A model generated the notes under the pieces. The model saw only the letters and a list, made by a program, of their open reading frames with translations, made no database searches and had not been told where the DNA came from. Shown here one piece after another: positions 13,580-15,268 of a stretch of 15,268 nucleotides of DNA (positions within the stretch are counted from its first letter, which is position 1; every line of letters begins with the position of its first letter). The stretch lies in the IMG/VR virus record IMGVR_UViG_3300022661_000054; one strand, given 5' to 3'. A program made the translations under genes and the position numbers. Source of the stretch: a virus. Taxonomy: Duplodnaviria > Heunggongvirae > Uroviricota > Caudoviricetes.

Positions 13580-13981
13580 CTAATCCTTCCTGTGATCCCA
13601 AAGATCTTGGTCAAGCCTCTGACCGAACAGTAACGGATCCAGAAACTTCCCGTAATAAAAAGCGTATGCTTCAAATTCATAGAACATATGTGCTAGAATA
13701 TTATACTCTTCCTCATAAAATGAAATTGCGTTTTTTAGTAGACTGCAACTTAACAATTTCACAAATTGTGCTTCACCGGTAGGTATTTCTTTACAATAGT
13801 TTTTTAAGGTTGTTTTATAAGAAGACTTTAGACTCTTTACTACAGATTCTACAGCTCTCATACTTTTACCTACTGTAAAATAGTCTCGCCAAGTACGTAT
13901 AAATTTAAATTGCACGTGCTCACCAGCATCAGCTCTTTCTAATAAGACATTTAATAATTGTTTTTGTTCTGGGTTGTTCAA
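13580..13981 (-). CDS. hypothetical protein, 133 aa (TTG start, TAG stop)
   Basis: AGGTAAAGGA upstream of TTG; fills the interval. Confidence 0.75.
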   Translation of the reverse strand: MNNPEQKQLLNVLLERADAGEHVQFKFIRTWRDYFTVGKSMRAVESVVKSLKSSYKTTLKNYCKEIPTGEAQFVKLLSCSLLKNAISFYEEEYNILAHMFYEFEAYAFYYGKFLDPLLFGQRLDQDLWDHRKD

Positions 13982-14011
13982 AGTATCTATCCTTTACCTA
14001 ATAAAAATAAT

Positions 14012-14043
14012 AGCACCTTGGCTGGAGGAATAACCAAGGTGCT
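14012..14043 (-). terminator. 10-bp perfect hairpin with U-rich tail; loop carries CCUCC
   Basis: agcaccttgg / ccaaggtgct, then ATTATTTTT on the minus strand. Confidence 0.75.
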
Positions 14044-14084
14044 CAAAGGAGGAAACATCTATAAGATTCAACATCCTATGTTTT

Positions 14085-14114
14085 ATTATACGATAAAAAA
14101 TCTAAATTTTTAAA
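14085..14114 (-). promoter_or_regulatory. possible weaker sigmaA promoter
   Basis: TTTAAA (14114-14109)-N18-TATAAT (14090-14085); not a member of the cassette family. Confidence 0.35.
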
Positions 14115-14142
14115 GTTGTCTCAGTAAGTTTTTTATATTGGT

Positions 14143-14709
14143 TTACCATCTAAGCATATGATCAAAGATGTCCGCAATTAACGAATAGTCAATAGTAGAC
14201 TTATTAGTAGTTGCGTTGCTGCTAATAGTGGTTTCGAAGTCACCATCCTTAAGAGTAAGGTGATATCCTTCAGGATATTTATCGGTGAATTCCTTCAAAG
14301 CAGTCGAGTAAGCTTCTTCAGCTGCAGCTAATGTATCCTGTACTTCCTTCTTAGCATCTTCAAAGTTTTTCTTAAGGGCTGCAAGATGCTCACTGTATTC
14401 ATGTGTAACTGCAGTAAGATCTTCTTTATAAGACTTACGTGCAGCATTAAGAGCTTTGAAAGCATCTTCTACTTTAAGAGCATCAGACTTCTTCTGTGCA
14501 GCCGCATCTTCTTTTGCCTTGAGCTTAGCGTAGTAAGCTTCCTCAGCCTCCTTAAGCTCTCCGATAGTTTCGAAAGGTTCTTTAAGTACTTTAGAGTAAT
14601 AGATGTAATCGCGCTCTTCTTTTCTAGGGGCCTTTACATTACTCTTAATCCCATCGGTATTACCGATGTCAACCTTTTTGTTAGTTTCAGTATTTTTATA
14701 ATTTTTCAT
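14143..14709 (-). CDS. coiled-coil hypothetical protein, 188 aa
   Basis: Long K/E/A-rich helical stretch ending in F-x3-Y-x-x-GYH; AAAGGA upstream. Confidence 0.85.
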   Translation of the reverse strand: MKNYKNTETNKKVDIGNTDGIKSNVKAPRKEERDYIYYSKVLKEPFETIGELKEAEEAYYAKLKAKEDAAAQKKSDALKVEDAFKALNAARKSYKEDLTAVTHEYSEHLAALKKNFEDAKKEVQDTLAAAEEAYSTALKEFTDKYPEGYHLTLKDGDFETTISSNATTNKSTIDYSLIADIFDHMLRW

Positions 14710-14784
14710 TTTAAATTAACCATCCTTTTAGTTTTTATTTCGTATATTAAAAGTCCTCTCAATTAATATACAATTTATTAAAAT

Positions 14785-14816
14785 GAATTAGCTAACCTGA
14801 GACTCATTAGTTATTC
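14785..14816 (-). terminator. imperfect hairpin; possible terminator after 14822..
   Basis: gaattagctaa...tgag-a-ctca...ttagttattc; ATTTT follows on the minus strand. Confidence 0.45.
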
Positions 14817-14821
14817 AATTT

Positions 14822-15268
14822 TTATAATTCAAATCCACAATTAATGCAGAAACCAGTTTCTGGGTCAAAAGAATTAGAACCGCATTCTGGACATAGTGAT
14901 AAACGCTTTTTGTAATCTTCTGACTCCTCAAGCTCTTCTAGTTTAGAAACAGGCTTAATAGATTCGTCATATCTATCATCAGCATGGCGGTCTGCAATAT
15001 AGTCGTCATAACCATCTTGCCAATATTCCTCATATGAAGTATTGCTTTCATAAGCCTCTGCTGCGCTATCTCTATAGATTTCAAGTAATTGATCATAATA
15101 CTTATCTAATAGAATGTCAAAATGATCTTTTAAAAAGGCATGCAAAGCGTCTTCATCTTCTAGTGTATTAAGTCCACCTGGAACATCTAAAACATCTTCT
15201 TCGGTTATGAGGTCATGTTCCCACATGTCTACTGCAACATCATATTTTGAAACGGTATATGTATAGTG
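14822..15268 (-). CDS. acidic protein with C-terminal zinc ribbon, 5'-truncated by the window edge
   Basis: Frame stays open for 14 codons upstream of the track's ATG 15226 (HYTYTVSKYDVAVD-M) with no SD; ends CPECGSNSFDPETGFCINCGFEL. Confidence 0.85.
   Translation of the reverse strand, partial: HYTYTVSKYDVAVDMWEHDLITEEDVLDVPGGLNTLEDEDALHAFLKDHFDILLDKYYDQLLEIYRDSAAEAYESNTSYEEYWQDGYDDYIADRHADDRYDESIKPVSKLEELEESEDYKKRLSLCPECGSNSFDPETGFCINCGFEL

Noticed and set aside
13994-14074. 26-codon ORF (MLNLIDVSSFEHLGYSSSQGAIIFIR) across the putative sRNA
   Set aside because: No properly spaced SD, and it runs through a terminator hairpin; more likely incidental
562-14766. All plus-strand ORFs in the track (e.g. 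562..987, 878..1255, 1917..2594, 7305..7904, 9024..9545, 14386..14766)
   Set aside because: Antisense shadows of minus-strand genes with good SDs. No plus-strand SDs or promoters, and the I/F/L/S-rich composition is typical of reverse-complemented acidic genes
1-15268. Alternative genetic code (TAG or TGA reassignment)
   Set aside because: Standard-code ORFs tile the minus strand densely, and long conserved genes (nrdD, ligase) are uninterrupted
1-15268. tRNA or rRNA genes
   Set aside because: No cloverleaf with T-loop GTTCRA or rRNA-like sequence found in the intergenic gaps

Overview
15.3 kb of AT-rich DNA in which every credible gene lies on the minus strand. It looks like part of a large lytic dsDNA phage of an anaerobic Firmicute-type host (inferred from strong GGAGG Shine-Dalgarno sites, near-consensus sigmaA promoters with extended -10 and a class III RNR). 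Recognisable genes are an ATP-dependent DNA ligase (3026-4324) and nrdD-nrdG (10449-13172). The other ~23 ORFs are small, often very acidic hypotheticals, four of them missing from the supplied ORF track. The main interest is regulatory. (i) Nine copies of a TTTAC(A/T)-N17-TATAAT promoter cassette with TGn extended -10 head short transcription units, in two main upstream variants, with recurrent candidate operator motifs. (ii) One cassette drives a highly divergent SigK/SigE-like sigma factor candidate (7041-7901). (iii) A second exact motif, GCTAAATTA, precedes three genes that lack the sigmaA cassette, suggesting a host-sigma > phage-sigma cascade. Also present: a paralogous Zn-finger pair split between the two promoter classes, an iteron-like palindrome cluster (9951-10008) and a possible anti-Shine-Dalgarno small RNA (~14003-14084). 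All family assignments come from motif recognition by eye; no searches were run.
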